A DNA stretch of 64,000 bases from Torpedo marmorata (lineage: Eukaryota): positions 21,638,001 to 21,702,000 of the forward strand of contig OZ360245.1 of assembly GCA_977017645.1 (NCBI GenBank), written 5' to 3'. Position 1 is the first letter of the stretch. Each line of letters opens with the position of its first letter. Below are positions 26,141 to 39,758 of this stretch, one piece after another. Position numbers and translations under genes: made by a program. The notes beneath the pieces were generated by a model, which saw only the letters and a list, made by a program, of their open reading frames with translations, was not told where the DNA came from and did no database searches.

Positions 26141-27147
26141 GGTGGTGAGATGCCTTCTCTTAACACTGCATTTCCTGTTAGTTAAATCCAAGAACTTCTT
26201 GACTCAGTAACAATGCAGGAATGGACGGTCAGGATAGTGTGATGGTGATGCTGTTCCCTTGCACCTGACACCATTAGATTACAATAGCTCATTGTTGCAG
26301 AAGACACAAGCTTCTGTGGTACGGTCAAAGCTACCTGGGGAAGTTGCTGCAGTGCAGATGGTGAACACTGCAGTTGTACAGAATGCTGGTAGAGAAGGGT
26401 GGGACTGCTGAAGGTGGCAGAAGAGTCAAATCAACAAATTGTACTGTATGGTCCCAAAAGTGAACCAGCCTCTTGAATGTTGTTGAAGCTGCATTCACCC
26501 AGGCAAGTGAAATATATTTCATTACACTTCTGATCTCTGCCATGTTGATGGTGGGAAGGATTTGGAGGTCAAGACACCAGCAATTTGGAGGACAAGACAC
26601 CAGTACTTTTGGTATTTGTGCTACCCTCCGTTCTTTAAAGTAAAATAGAGGAGGACTGATTCAACCAACAGATGATAGTGGTTGGCAATCAGCAGGAAAT
26701 GTCCTTGTCTGTGTTTGATTTGATACCATTGGGGTTAATGGGGTCTGAAATCGATGCTGAAGTCTCACTGGGACATTCCCACCTGATGCATTACAGATTA
26801 TACAAATTATGTAATGAAACACGACGACTGCAAATGATTTTTGTAGGTCCTTCCCCACAAGTCAAACTGATCCTTTCCCATCAACCTAATGATAAATTAA
26901 TTACAATGACAAAATAAAAGCAGACCATGCAACTTAATTGAAATGTAGAATTATATAATTAATTAAAATTTATATAAACACTATCTGCAATTTCCTTTGA
27001 CATTTATCATATAGGCATTCCAAAAAAGAACCTCCCATGTTTGAAGGGAAAGCAGAAGCCAACGTTTGAGAAGGAATAAAATCCATGCAAAAGGCATGGA
27101 TATGGGAGCCTAGGACACTTGCTGGAATCCTTTCTGCCCCTTCTTAC

Positions 27148-27258
27148 TTGAGCCCAACTGAGATGGTACTTAACCACGGATCTGCTGCAGTCCTGTGAAC
27201 AGGAGTGCTGCGGGGAGAAGGGAAAGGGTACAGAGGTCACGGAGACACCCCTGCGAAT
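27148..27258 (-). CDS. GIT1: GIT1 coding exon: IRRGVSVTSVPFPFSPQHSCSQDCSRSV(VKYHLSWAQ); donor ambiguous (27175 or 27148)
   Basis: Resembles human IRKGVSASAVPFTPSSPLLSCSQEGSR. Acceptor ttacag; two in-frame donors, gttaag after 27175 and gtaaga after 27148. Confidence 0.8.
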
Positions 27259-28460
27259 CTGTAACATGGAAGGGATAGTGTAAACAATGACATGCACATT
27301 GACAGTAATGCATTTTCAAAATTAAACCATGCATATAACTTGCTACAGACAACTTGCAGTTTGTAGAAAAATATTGGTTAAACAGTTTCATGCTGTCAGT
27401 GTCAAATAAACCAAGACATCTCATGTAACATCTACTGGCAGATTGTGATTTCTGTTAATGCAACATGCATATTGAATTAATAGAACAAATTAGAACAAAT
27501 GAAGCAACATTCACACAAAGCCTTATAATGAATCAATGCAATATCCCTTATTTACCTAGCCTCAAGAATAGTATTCACATAATTATACAGTATATGATTT
27601 AATTGTTCTCTGGCCTCATTTAATCAACTTTCTTGGATGCTTTACAGCATCACAAGCAAAAAAAACAAATAAAGAGTTTCCCCAAAATATTTAATCTACA
27701 CAAAAGTGTTAGTACACACCTAGTATACATCTGTACACACCCAGAACTTCAAGTTCTCGTTTACGTTTGCAGTACCAGGAGTCAAACAATTTTTTTCTAA
27801 AGATAGAGTAATTTGTCTTTTTCCTTGCTACCCACCTCACCACCCACTACAAATATGTGTGGTTCAGTATCCAGCAGTTTTTTGTGCAAATTTTGTTCCC
27901 TCTTCTCACTGACTGGACCACAACTGCCAATGATGAACTCTTACATCTACTCCTTTATGCTCCCTTAGATTTCATTCCAGTTCCCAAAATGATAGAAACA
28001 ATATGGATAGAAAATGTTAAGCCCATAATGAAACTTGATCGCAACTGGGGGTTTGCCTAGTTCTCAAGTTCAAAGCCTTTATTCTTCTCCGAGCCAATCC
28101 AAGAAAAAGGGAATTAATTCAACGATTAATCTAGAACCTACTATTATTTTCATCTCCGATTCAATATGCCAATCCAGTATTAGATGATCTTAAACTTGAA
28201 AATGTAGCCAAAATTACTCACAATTAAATTATTATTTTTCAGTTATCAGTTAATCTGTCATTTAGCCAAATTTGAGATATTTAAATTAGTAGTTAGTTGA
28301 TTTAGAGGGCAAGAGAATTGCTGCCCCACTGTTTATGCAAAATATTATACATAAACTAAACAGATAGCTTTGTTGCTAATGGTTAATTACTCTGATAAGT
28401 TAGTAGAGGTCAATATGCTTTAAGTATGAAATTAAATCCATTTTGCAAGCGTTAACTCAC

Positions 28461-28679
28461 ACTGCAGTCCAAAGTCTGAAGTCTTGTGACAATATCATCG
28501 GTAGTTTGTCCAAAGGATTTCTGCCCAGATCTGGTTTCATACATGGAAAAAGCTTGCCGATCGCGTCTATTGGCACTTGTATGTGGGGCAAGCTCCTGGC
28601 GGTCACTGGCAGCTGATGATGGATGCAGACTAGGAGTTTGTTGCTTCATTTGTGCATTCTCTGTCTGCAGTTTGTTAAT
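28461..28679 (-). CDS. GIT1: GIT1 coding exon: INKLQTENAQMKQ...RRDRQAFSMYE...TRLQTLDCS
   Basis: Lies within ORF 28452..28709. RRDRQAFSMYE is GIT1-specific. Acceptor cag, donor gtgagt; 219 nt. Confidence 0.93.
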
Positions 28680-31600
28680 CTGACATGTAATGAAAGAGAT
28701 CCACAACATCTTAAAATAGTAATTTAATATTTATCAAGGCCCCATCTTCAGTTTATATAAATTAAACATTTGTGTTAAAATAATTGATAGTGATGTGTAA
28801 TATAGGAAAGCACAGACTTATTAGGTTCAGTATTTGTGCCATGACTAAAGTATGTTATTTTACATTTCAGATGTATTCAGTTAGAAACCTGTATATTAAA
28901 TATTTGTGTAGTTGTGTGTTTATTTCATAACCATTCATATTTATCCAGTTCAAAGACCAAATATGCTAGGGTTGACCAAAACAATTTGAAGAATCAGGTA
29001 AACCAAAAATGTTAAAAGTGCCAGTGAAGTCTCGCACAGAAGTTTGGACACATTTGCAACCTCAATTTCGCACACTGACACCAGGGTAGTCAATCACTAT
29101 GGACAAACAATTAAATAAAAGTAGTCACTACTACCAACTTTAATATTTGCTGATTCCAAAATGATTTTGAGAAGAGAGACCCAGAAAAACATTAGTTAAT
29201 ACACAGGTATTGCCCACTGGTCCATAACTCTTTAGAAGTACATTTATGTACTCTTATAGAATCCACTATTCCATCATGGCTGTTCTGGATGTACAAATAG
29301 TATGTAGTCAAACAGAACAAATTCTTAGAACTGAAATCAGATAAGACTTGATATTCAAATCTATTTATAAAGGCTAGTTACAGAAGGAGTCACACCCAGA
29401 TTAAATGGTCATTTATTTGCAAGTTATTCATTTTCCGTAGACTCTCAAACTATTCAGAAGACAATAAGCATGTCCATGGAAGTGGAAACTGGAGCGCTGA
29501 ATAAAATGGATGATCTGACAAACAATCAAGTGTAAAACCAGGGCAAATTTAATGCTCAGTTATTAGCGTAAGCAGCATTAGATTTCTTGCCTTCTGCAGC
29601 TGTCGACTGAGGAGATAAAACACATGCAAAATGGGAGATTGCGACCAAATTCTTCAAAAATCAATATTAATTTTAAGTAATGCTTTGAAAGTCCATGCGC
29701 CAGTGTTCCACTTCTCCTATGTAGATGCTTCCCGAAAATGAGGGGAACGGCTGAGAGTCACGGGTGAGAATCATGAACTTAGATTTTATATTTTTTAATT
29801 ACTTTAATGTTTTAAAATTATTTTTAATTGTTTTAGTCCATTTATACATATTTTAGGATTTTTAAAGATTTAAGGAATTTTAGAAAGTTGAACAGTTTAT
29901 GGATATCTGAAACATTGATTTTTTTAGTCATTGATAATTCTGGCTGTTAGACGCGTCTTAACTGGCTATCAGAGATTGTTAATTTTTGTGGATTGTTCTG
30001 TCCTTTGCCCCACAACCTACATCATCCCAAGAGATTTCTGCTGCACAGGGCCATATAATAAGAGTTTAGCTGACTTTCCTCAAGTTGTCACTACCCATTG
30101 CCAAAGTTCTTTATTTCAGATAAAAAGTGCAAGTAAACACACTTACAACTGTAGAATCCACCTGATTACATAATAAATATTGAAAGAAAATCAAAAATCT
30201 AAGTTATTCCATTGTGCAAAAAAACTGTACAATACTTCAGTGAATACTACAACAAACATTTAAAACAACCATGGCAAGCATACACATTTATAAACAAAAG
30301 TCATATTTCACAGCACAAACTGAAATTACAGCTAAAATTGTTTTCAAATATGGTAAATAACCTGATGCTGGTGGTGGATGGTACTTTATAAATTCAGCTT
30401 GCTTTTTCAAACTCTTCATAATGTTGCGAAAATACCAAGGGCAATGACATTGTGATAAAAGGACAGTTTGGCATTGCACTTAAAGATCCAGTTGGCCAAA
30501 ATTTAGGCTTAGCATGTGTTTCTTTCAATCACAGCTGATAACTACCTCTACCAATCAAAAGTACAGGATATTATGGTTATTAACTGCCCATTACTGCCAT
30601 CAAGTGTTCATGTCCTGTAGAAAACAGTGCACTTCAGTCTTAAGACCAAGTATGCCTCCTGGCACTTGTGTGGCCATGCTTGCTCCTTCTAAACAAAAGG
30701 AGGTAATAGATCTTGTAATTAGTTTCTTGCTGACACAAGTGAGGAGGGGATTTCAATCATAATAAAATAATTGCAGCAAAAAGCTATTAAGCATGTAATT
30801 AAGTTACAGCACAAACCGATTCACATGTTGATCTTATGCCCAAAACTAGTTAATTACAAATAACGTAATTTAAAAAATTAAACATATCAGGCAAGTTCAT
30901 ATCTGACATTATCTTCCTCTAATATTTCTCCAATTAGCATAAATGGGGAGAAAGCCCACAGTCCTTCACAGTTGACAATTCTAATACATTTCTGTGGACC
31001 TGGTTTCCAGAAATTTCCACTCAAAGCAAATCAGCTCCAGGCCAGGGCCAGATTTTAGTTTCAGGCAGGAAGGCCAATTACAAACCAAGTCATGCTGAGT
31101 AAGAGTTGGAAAATTGGCAGCAAGACAAAACAAATCAGCGACAACAGTAAAAAGTGACTAATAGGCTACAGCAATGCTGTTACTTTTACCTTTGATGGCA
31201 AAGCTTTAATGCCAAAATATTTCTGCACCACAAGCTTTACCTGTGGCGAAGCTCTAAGTTTGAGAGTTTGTGTACTTGCTTTGGAAAAGGCCTGGCTCAT
31301 AGAATGGATTTGAACAGAAAAACGGCTATGGCTTTCGCACTTATACTCCAACATGACCAAGAAGCTTATGCTATCAGGCCATTAATTTTTCTTGTTTCAT
31401 AATGAAAAGCAATAATTAAACAAACACTGATTTTGCAAACTGGTTTAATAGCAACAAACTATAATTGCTTATAGTACAGAATGTTCATAATGTCAGCAAG
31501 GCTGACAAAGCCAGAAAAGGCCAACCTTTGTTCGCCAGGTAATATCTGCTCAGTTTCACATTGAGCACTGCATATCAAGATTAAAAACTGCAAATCTTGT

Positions 31601-31949
31601 AACCCAAAAAGCATCAAAGATATCCCAATGCTTCACAGAATGCAATGGCTTCAAATATAAAAGGCTCACTTAAAATTAGCTGATATGTACAGATAGTGGA
31701 ATAAAACCCTAAATAGGTAGTATTAACTAATAGTGGCAAACAGGGAATGTGCACTAATAGGGAAGGATTTGTGGGGGCTGGGAGTAAACAGGAAAGGGAT
31801 AGATTAGGGAATGTTTGAGTACATTTTAGTAATTGAACAAACAATTATATATTTTTTTATTTACAGCATGGTAGAAGCCGATACCGGCCATTTAAACCTG
31901 TGCTGCTCAATTAAACCCAAATTAACCTCCAACCCCATACGTTTTGGGG

Positions 31950-32276
31950 ATTACAGATGCCTGCAGTACATGTAAACCAAGCATCATTTGATCATGCTTA
32001 AAGGGCTTGGTGCCGCTTTTCTCCTGGTCAACTCAAGGCTGACAAGAGCTGTGGCTCCTATTTACAAATCTCGTACAGTTTTGGACACTTTAGGCGAACA
32101 TTGGAGGCGAATCCATGAATACTCAGTGACTCTCGGGGGGACTCCCTTTGCATCTCTTTCTCTGACTGATTTCTGCTGATGGTGAATCGTTGTCTGCCTT
32201 AAGTTAGCCTAAAGCAAATTATGTCTAGCATCACATTTTCTGTTTTATTACATGACAACAAAAGAATCTTGAATCT
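31950..32276 (+). mobile_element. 3' fragment of the same non-autonomous retroelement family as 53430-54985
   Basis: Shares tcagtgactct..gggggactc..tttgc.tctctttctctgactg..tttctgc.gatgg.gaatc..tctgcctt and the gaatcttgaa tail. Confidence 0.65.
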
Positions 32277-33110
32277 TTACCTTGCTTGACCAACCATGGA
32301 GCTAGTTGCACTAGGGTGCAAATGCATTGTTAAAGGTTGGCATCGGAACTTGAATGTGCCTGGGATGGTGTAAAATGCTAATAGTGGGTCAAATGACCCA
32401 GGTAAAAAGAGCACAAAAAACAATATTGCAGCCTGATCTAGAGGAGAACCAGTAGCGTAGCTTTCTGATGCAATCATCTTTGCATGGCTTTAAAGCACAA
32501 GGGAGGGCAACGTATTTGCAAGAATCAGGAGAGTAAAGGTAAAGGTTCCATTATTGTCACGTAATACTACATTTAGAATGTAACATACATGAAATTCTTT
32601 AATTTTTGTCTACCGTAAGGCAGACAAAGGGTCGCTATTTTGTCCAGCGCCCCTCCGTACGAGTAGTTGGATAAAATAAATGAAGCCAAATCAAACTTAA
32701 TGTACTCAAGCTAGATACATACATGATGTCAACCAACATAAATATACATGCTCAATAAAGAATATTGAAATGGACGAGTTTTCATAGCTCGGATGCCAAA
32801 TGGCTATAATTGCTGAGGACATGTAATCCATTAAACCATTAAAAGATTGACTTACAATTTCAAATCAATTAAATCAACCTGCCATACATCTGGAATACTT
32901 ACTTTTGAAATAATTCTTTTTACCAAATTGCAAATGATGTCATGGACTCTTCAAAAATAACAATTTGCCCTTCAATACATCCGGAAACAATGTGGAATCA
33001 AACGTACATTTTGGGAGAACAAAAAGTTTTAAATCTTATGATACATTTACTGTCAAAATAATAAAAATGTAATCTTACTTCCACTAGAATCTTCATTAAT
33101 ATTTACCCAC

Positions 33111-33263
33111 CTGCATCTGAAGTCTGCGCAGTTCCTCACTGAGGTTGTTATTTACTTTCATTAGTTGTTGTACCTTGGCCTCAGATGCAGCCAAAGCTTT
33201 CTTCACTTCCAAATATTCCTGCAATGTTATGGGACCATCTGATAAGTCAGAGGAATCCATGCT
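33111..33263 (-). CDS. GIT1: GIT1 coding exon (coiled coil): SMDSSDLSDGPITLQEYLEVKKALAASEAKVQQLMKVNNNLSEELRRLQMQ
   Basis: GIT coiled-coil sequence. Acceptor tttag, donor gtgggt; 153 nt, phase 0/0. Confidence 0.95.
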
Positions 33264-33373
33264 CTAAAGATTTAAAAAATGTATTTTTATTTTGCAGAAA
33301 AAAATAACATTTTACCCAAGCACCACGGTGAACCAAGGCCGTAAAAGTACCAGATTCACTGCTGAAGCTGGTA

Positions 33374-33918
33374 CAGTACGTTTCCGATTATCCGAAATGC
33401 TTGGGACCGGACCTATCTCAGTTAAGCGGATTTTTCGGATATTCGGGAATTTTCTCGAAGCAGACCAGTAGTATCAGAATACTTACATTGGCTGTCGCCG
33501 ATCCCCGACACCTCCCCACCACCATCACCAATCCTGCCCGGGAGCCCGAGGTCTCACCTCACCTGTAAGCTCTCTCCCCGCTCGCTCGCCTGAGCCGCTC
33601 CCTCTCCCAGCTCGCCCAAACCGCGCTCTCTCCCCGCTCGCCCGAGCCGCGCTCTCTCCCCGCTCGCCCAAGCCGCGCTCTCTCCCCGCTCGCCCAAGCC
33701 GCGCTCTCTGTCAAATACCCTTTCAGCGGGGTCGCTGAAATTCTGCTGGAGGACAACAGCTGAGAATAATTTGATGATTTGAAAGGGAATGGGCCAGGGT
33801 GGTCCTAAAAAATTGTTCCAACTTTTTTTCCAAATTGTGACGTCATGTCACAACCGAAAAAACTTTCGGATATTCGGAATTCCGGTTGATCGGTTTTCAG
33901 TTAATCAGAAGTGTACTG
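33374..33918. mobile_element. Tc1/pogo (Tigger-like) MITE with internal GC-rich tandem repeat
   Basis: TIRs CAGTAC.TT.CGATTA / TAATC.GAAGTGTACTG, TA TSD, and ~27-bp repeats (ctctctccccgctcgcccaagccgcg) at 33570-33710. Confidence 0.8.
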
Positions 33919-34077
33919 TATTTGCATTGTATTGACAGAAAATCAGCCAGTTCATTACACTTTACTTCTCATTTTCCTGCCTCTTTTGCTGTTTTCTTTT
34001 TCTCTGGTTTTCCTTCTAGTCAATTTAGAAGCGTGGCCCCCTTCCCACTTCCATCCATCAGCTTCATGAAGGATCTT

Positions 34078-34317
34078 TAATTTTAATATACAGCACGGTA
34101 ACAGGCCCTTCTGGCCCACGAGCCCATGCCGCCCAAATATCCCAATTAACCTATGACCCCGGTACATTTTGAAGGGTGGGAGGAAACCAGAGCACCCGGA
34201 GGAAACCCACGCAGACATGGGGAGAATGTACAAACTCCTTAGACAGCGCTGGATTCAAACCTAGGTCGCTGGCATTGTATTAGTGTTGCGCTAACCGCCA
34301 CGGTAACTGTGCCGCCC
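34078..34317 (-). mobile_element. tRNA-derived SINE (HE1-like)
   Basis: Reverse complement of the SINE family. Confidence 0.87.
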
Positions 34318-35129
34318 GTGATCTCTTTATATTTGACTAAATACACAGCAACAGTTGTATTTTATGGGTGAAAATTTGAGCCAAATTAGGGGTGGTGCTG
34401 GAGTGGGGCATTCAACATTCATGTATCATTTATCCTTCCTGTAAAGTAGCAAATCACTTTAAATGTTTGTCGACCAAAGTCCACTATTTGAGTGGTCAAG
34501 CTGTGGACAAAAGGCTAAAAATAATTTTGGAGGTGAGTGATAAAAGGAGGCTGATAAAGGAGTTTTTATTTTACAGGGAAGAAGTACAGATGGCCTTGGT
34601 ATGATCTGCAGTGGTAGATTGTTGAAGAGGGTTATACAGGTCCACACATTTGGATCTCTGTGACAATTCCTCTTCCAAAAACTCTTTGCTCAAAAGGTGG
34701 TGAATCTTTGGAATTTTATACTCCAGCTGTGGAAGTTAAATCATTGATTGTAAAAAAAACCAGAGATTAATACATTTCTGTATATTAGACCATTCAAAGA
34801 ATTATAGGAATAGGGAAAAAAGAATGCTAAAAAATTATTCTTTCCAAATTTGATCCTCAGGAGTTTGCAGGAATCTTAATGGATCAAAGTGTACTCTCAT
34901 GCTGAGAAATGATGGGGTGATTGAATATAAAAATAGGGAATTTATGGTCGAGTCACTGGTAAGAGCACATCTGGAATATTGTTTTCAGTTTCGTCCCTTT
35001 TTTTTTAAAGAAGGAAGTGAATGGATTGGAAACAGTTCAGAGATTTACTAAACTAATACTTGGTCTAGGTTTGTTGTCTCATGAAGGAAGGTTGGACAGG
35101 TTAGATTTATTCTGCTGAAGCTAAGAACA

Positions 35130-35350
35130 GGTGACACGGTTAGTGTAGCGGTTAGTGTAATGCTATTACAGTGCCAGCGACCCGGTTTCGAATCTGCCAC
35201 TGTCTGTAAGGAGTTTGTACATTCTTCCCGTGTCCCTGTGGGTTTCTTCCCACATTCCGGGACACACGGGGTTTGAAGGATAATTGGTGTATTTGGCCAG
35301 CACGGACTCAGGAGCAAGAAGGGCCTGCTACCGTGCTGTAACTCCAAAAT
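35130..35350 (+). mobile_element. tRNA-derived SINE inserted in a decayed CR1 fragment
   Basis: SINE family sequence flanked by CR1-like sequence (LVRAHLEYCFQF upstream). Confidence 0.85.
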
Positions 35351-35477
35351 AAAAGTAATGAGAAGGGTTGAAATGAAACGTAGAAGATCCTAAGGGACCT
35401 CGACAGGGTGCATGTGGAGTCATTTCTTAAAGGGGTCATCCATTTATGATTGAAACGAGACTAATTTCAATTTAGAG

Positions 35478-35678
35478 ATACCGCAAAGTAACAGGCCCTT
35501 CCAGCCCAATTACACCCATGTGATCAATTAACTTAACCCGTACATCTTTGGAACGTGGGAGAAAACCGAAGCATCCGGAGGAAACCCACATGGTAACAGG
35601 GAGAACGTGCAAACTCCTTACAGATAGCGTCAGATTTGAACCCGGGTTGCTGGTGCTGTAATAGCTTTGCGCTAACTT
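35478..35678 (-). mobile_element. tRNA-derived SINE (HE1-like)
   Basis: Reverse complement of the SINE family. Confidence 0.83.
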
Positions 35679-37482
35679 CTGAAGTCATGCGACTTAGACT
35701 CGCTTCCTCAAAGGGCAATGGAAGCAGAGTCTTTGAACATTTTTAAGTTCAAGATAGATACCTGGATACTTGACAAGCAATGAGATGCAAAGTTACCCCA
35801 CAATAACAGGAATGCAAGCTTAAGGGAACAATCAGAGCAGCAATGAAACGATTAAATATCAGAGACGGCTTCAGGGGCCAAGCTTATAATTCTTGCGTTA
35901 ATAACAGTCAAAACATTTTAAGTCTAATTCCAATTGAAGACTGTATTATGAATTATAATCAAAGAAATAATATTATTTTGACAAAAAACATGTAATCCTT
36001 GATAAATTTAGTTTAAAAAAAACAAAGATCACAATTATTAGAAGTTTTAAATGGCATTATCTGCTTTAAGTTTAGGCTTGCTACCTGAGATATCACCACC
36101 CCACCTCTCCAACCCCTCCCATATAGGGATTTCAATGTTGGGGGATTGCGTATGGTATTTATCTTGTGCATTCAAGTTTGTGATTTTGAAGCCTCCCTTT
36201 TACTTCTTTGCAGTTGAGCATGGATCAAAAATACTCAAAGGAATGAATAACAGCACATTAGAACTCTCAAAAATAAATGAGCTCATATGGATTAGAGACG
36301 TTTTCTCTTTTAAGTCATTTAGAATAAACAGTAATCTAAAGGCTACCATTAGATTTATTCTGAAATGAAAATATTTAAACATGCACATCTGTGATAGTTA
36401 AAATTCAATGACACCATCTCAGTGCGCCGATAAACAATTGATTGGGAAGCCTAATGGTATTTCCCAACTGTGTTTTAATTTTTGACTCACAACAGAAATA
36501 TTTTGGAATTAATTAAAAATCTTGTGTACTTGTCACAGCACATTTATATTTCTCATCTACCATAATTGTATTAGAGCATACAGAAAGATAGTGAACAGAT
36601 TGTAGCAACACTGAGAACAGCAATGGGGGAAACATTTTAAAGCCATACAATCTAAGAGAATAGCTTCCATATAAAAGCAGGATAATTATTTCATACTGTT
36701 AATATATGAAACGAATACATTTGAAAATATTCACTTCATTTCAAACAGGTTCACTGGACAGAAAATATGGCCAATGCTCAGAAGCATCAACTTGCTGACT
36801 TGGCTTCACTTAGGGTGCAGCAATTACAGAGGAACCAACCAGCTCACCTGGACTGTTGTTAATGAAGCTAAAATAAAAGTCTTCAAAAATTAATACTGGC
36901 TATACTGCAATAGAAACAGCAGATCTGTATTCAATGGATCCATTGAAGATTTCTTTACTATTGTGGATCAAAAAGTTTGAGGCAATAAGCAATTGAAAAT
37001 ACTTGGTGCATATATCACAGTTCATGGCAATTGTATAAAATATCCAAATTCCAGTTGGTCTCTTCAAACACTCCTACGGCTAATTCAGATTTAATGTGTA
37101 TACTAAAGACATCCAGGAAAAAAAGGAACTATTCCCGCAACTTGAAAATGTAACAAATTATGTTCAATATGTGCACTGATGAGTTTATTTTAAGGCCATG
37201 CAGAACAGCATAATTAAACCGAAAATTAAGTCACAGTGTGCTTTTTAATTTTTTTTTATTATCAACACTGGCACCAGTCTTCACTCCATCGAGGACATCT
37301 ACAAGAGGCAGTGTCTTAAGAAAGCAGCCTCTATCCTCAAGGACCCCCACCACCCAGGCCATGCCCCCTTCATTCTGCTACCATTGGGAAAAAGGTACAG
37401 GAGCCTGAAGACGAGCACTCAGCAGCGCAAGGACAGCTTCTTCCCCTCTGCCATCAGATTCCTGAATGAACAATGAATCACA

Positions 37483-38802
37483 AGGCCTTTTCACACCACT
37501 AACCTACCTAGGAAGCGGGAAAACTTACAGGGAATGCTGGACTCGGGAGCTTTTCACACTGCACCATTATTTGCAGGTAATTCGCCAACTCGGGATTTTA
37601 AGGGGGGTCCCGCCTCCAGCGGTGACGTCACGAGTGACGTATTACGTACAGCGCTCTGACAGCCCAACTGACTGATTCATGGAACAGCGATTTGAATCGC
37701 TACACATAAGACATAGAGATTTTGGAATATTATATTACAATGTTTAACTCGGAGTGCTTTTTAAATCGAGATGCCTGACAAGTTTTTATTAAACATAGGT
37801 GTTTTACAATCAAAATTATTCCATCATTTCACTTTAATGAACCCTAAGTTTACACATTTTTTGAAAGTGCATCGTGTCAGATCAGTTCCCTTACGTCGCC
37901 CGCTCCCTCACGCCGCCTGTTCCCTCATGCCGCCCGCTCCCCCGCCCTGCACCCTCACGCCGCCTGCTCCCCCGCCCTGCACCCTCATGCCGCCTGCTCC
38001 CCCGCCCTGCACCCTCATGCCGCCCGCTCCCCCGCCCTGCACCCTCACGCCGCCCACTCCCTCATGCCGCCTGCTCCCCCGCCCTGCACCCTCATGCCGC
38101 CTGCTCCCCCGCCCTGCACCCTCACGCCGCTCGCTCCCCCGCCCTGCACCTTCACGCCGCCTGCTCCCTCATGCCGCCTGCTCCCCTGCCCTGCACCCTC
38201 ACGCCGCCCGCTCCCCCGCCCTGTTCCCTCACGCCGCCCGCTCCCCTGCCCTGCACCCTCACGCCGCCCGCTCCCCCGCCCTGTTCCCTCACGCCGGGGT
38301 GACGGGGTTGTCAGGATGGAGCGGGGCAGTCGGATCGGTGTGGGGCTGATAGGGGGGAGATGGGGCAAGAGGAAGGGGGAATGGAAGAGAGAGGGAGGGA
38401 GGGGAATGAAGGGAGCGGGGTGGCAGGGTTCAAGCTGCGGGGCTCAGGCAGCGGAGTGGGGGGCTGTCAGGCAGCGGGGTTCAGGCAGCGGGGCGGGGGG
38501 CTGTCAGGCAGCGGGGCTCAGGCAGCGGAGCGGGGGGCTGTCAAACTGCCAGACTGACGCAAGCACGCACGCGCTGACGTCAGTAACATTACGAGGTGAG
38601 CCGTTTGCCTTTTCAGACCGCCAGAGGACGGCTGGCGGGTTAAATCGGCCGGGCTCCAAGACTACCTTCGACTAGGTCTCGGAGCCCGGTCGACTTTAAC
38701 CCGCCATGCCAGGTTGGCCCTTTTCATATTGGACATTTTACAGGTAAGTTCCTGGGAAATCGGAAGGTCTGCCCACATGAACTCGGTGGTGTGAAAAGGC
38801 CT
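37483..38802. mobile_element. PIF/Harbinger-like non-autonomous element
   Basis: TIRs AGGCCTTTTCACACCAC / GTGGTGTGAAAAGGCCT and 3-bp TSD ACA. Confidence 0.82.
37895..38545. repeat. C-rich 30-bp minisatellite (ccctcacgccgcctgctcccccgccctgca) followed by G-rich ~29-bp repeats
   Basis: Directly visible tandem units; these explain the Pro-rich spurious ORFs. Confidence 0.9.
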
Positions 38803-39758
38803 ACAGACACTGCCTGACTTTGACTTTTTCTTGCACTACTTTATTTATTTTGTAAGGTGGTTCATATAAATGTTTGCACTGTGATGCTGCCACAAAACAA
38901 CAAATTTCGTGACATGTTCATGACAATAAATTCTGCTTCTGAAATTATTCAACCTATAGTAGAATGCCCAGGTCTAACATTTATATAAACAAATATAGAG
39001 AGTAGCAATACTTTAAAGTGATCAGAATATAAACAAAAGCAGGTGGCCATCAGGTCCTCATATAAGATGCGCTAGTCTTTTACCCAAATGTCACTTTCCT
39101 GCATTAACCTCAAATATTTATTCACTTTTCAGACCTGGGCATCAACAATATTCGTTGATTCTATCAACTTCTCTCTCTCTTGAATATGCTCAGCAATTGA
39201 GCCACTATTATGCACTCGGACAGAGAATTCCAATACCTGTAATTGACTCCCTCTGGGTAAAAATGTCTTCACTTTTTCCACAATGGTCAATCCTTCATTG
39301 AGACTGAACTTTGGTTCTACATTCTCACAGCCAGATAAAACATTATCCTTGTGAAGCCTTATTAGAATTTTGTACATTTCAATAACATACGCTCTCATTT
39401 TATTACGTTTGGGATTACAGACCCAAATTTAGTAAAGGTTCATGTCACAAACCCAGTATCCCAGGAATCAATCTGTTGAATCTTTGCTGCACTCTGTCAC
39501 AATTCGTAGAGTAGAACCTAACATCATTCCAATTTTGTGACAAAATATTTCTAGATTCCACATTAAATATTTCAATCACAACAAAATTATTTAATTCATG
39601 ACAAGGAAAAGATGAGGCTACAAAAATTATGAATAAATCACTGATTATTTCTGGCCTCAACCCATAAATAGTGTCTCAAGGATACAAACACCATATTTGT
39701 TTTACCACCTGTTTTTCCCCCAACAATTGAATTTTAAGGTTTTGTTCTTTAGAATGGT

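Larger units (their letters stand above)
37270..38937 (+). mobile_element. Rex1/Babar-like LINE 3' end, interrupted by a MITE
   Basis: Translates as IEDIYKRQCLKKAASILKDPHHPGHAPFILLPLGKRYRSLKTST...DSFFPSAIRFLN. The 3' UTR resumes after 38805 and ends gacaataaattctg. Confidence 0.75.

Noticed and set aside
20600-32000. Numerous 60-120 aa ORFs in AT-rich introns
   Set aside because: They have no recognisable motifs and often non-ATG starts; this many is expected by chance.
37771-38675. Proline-rich ORFs
   Set aside because: They are translations of a 30-bp minisatellite inside a MITE.
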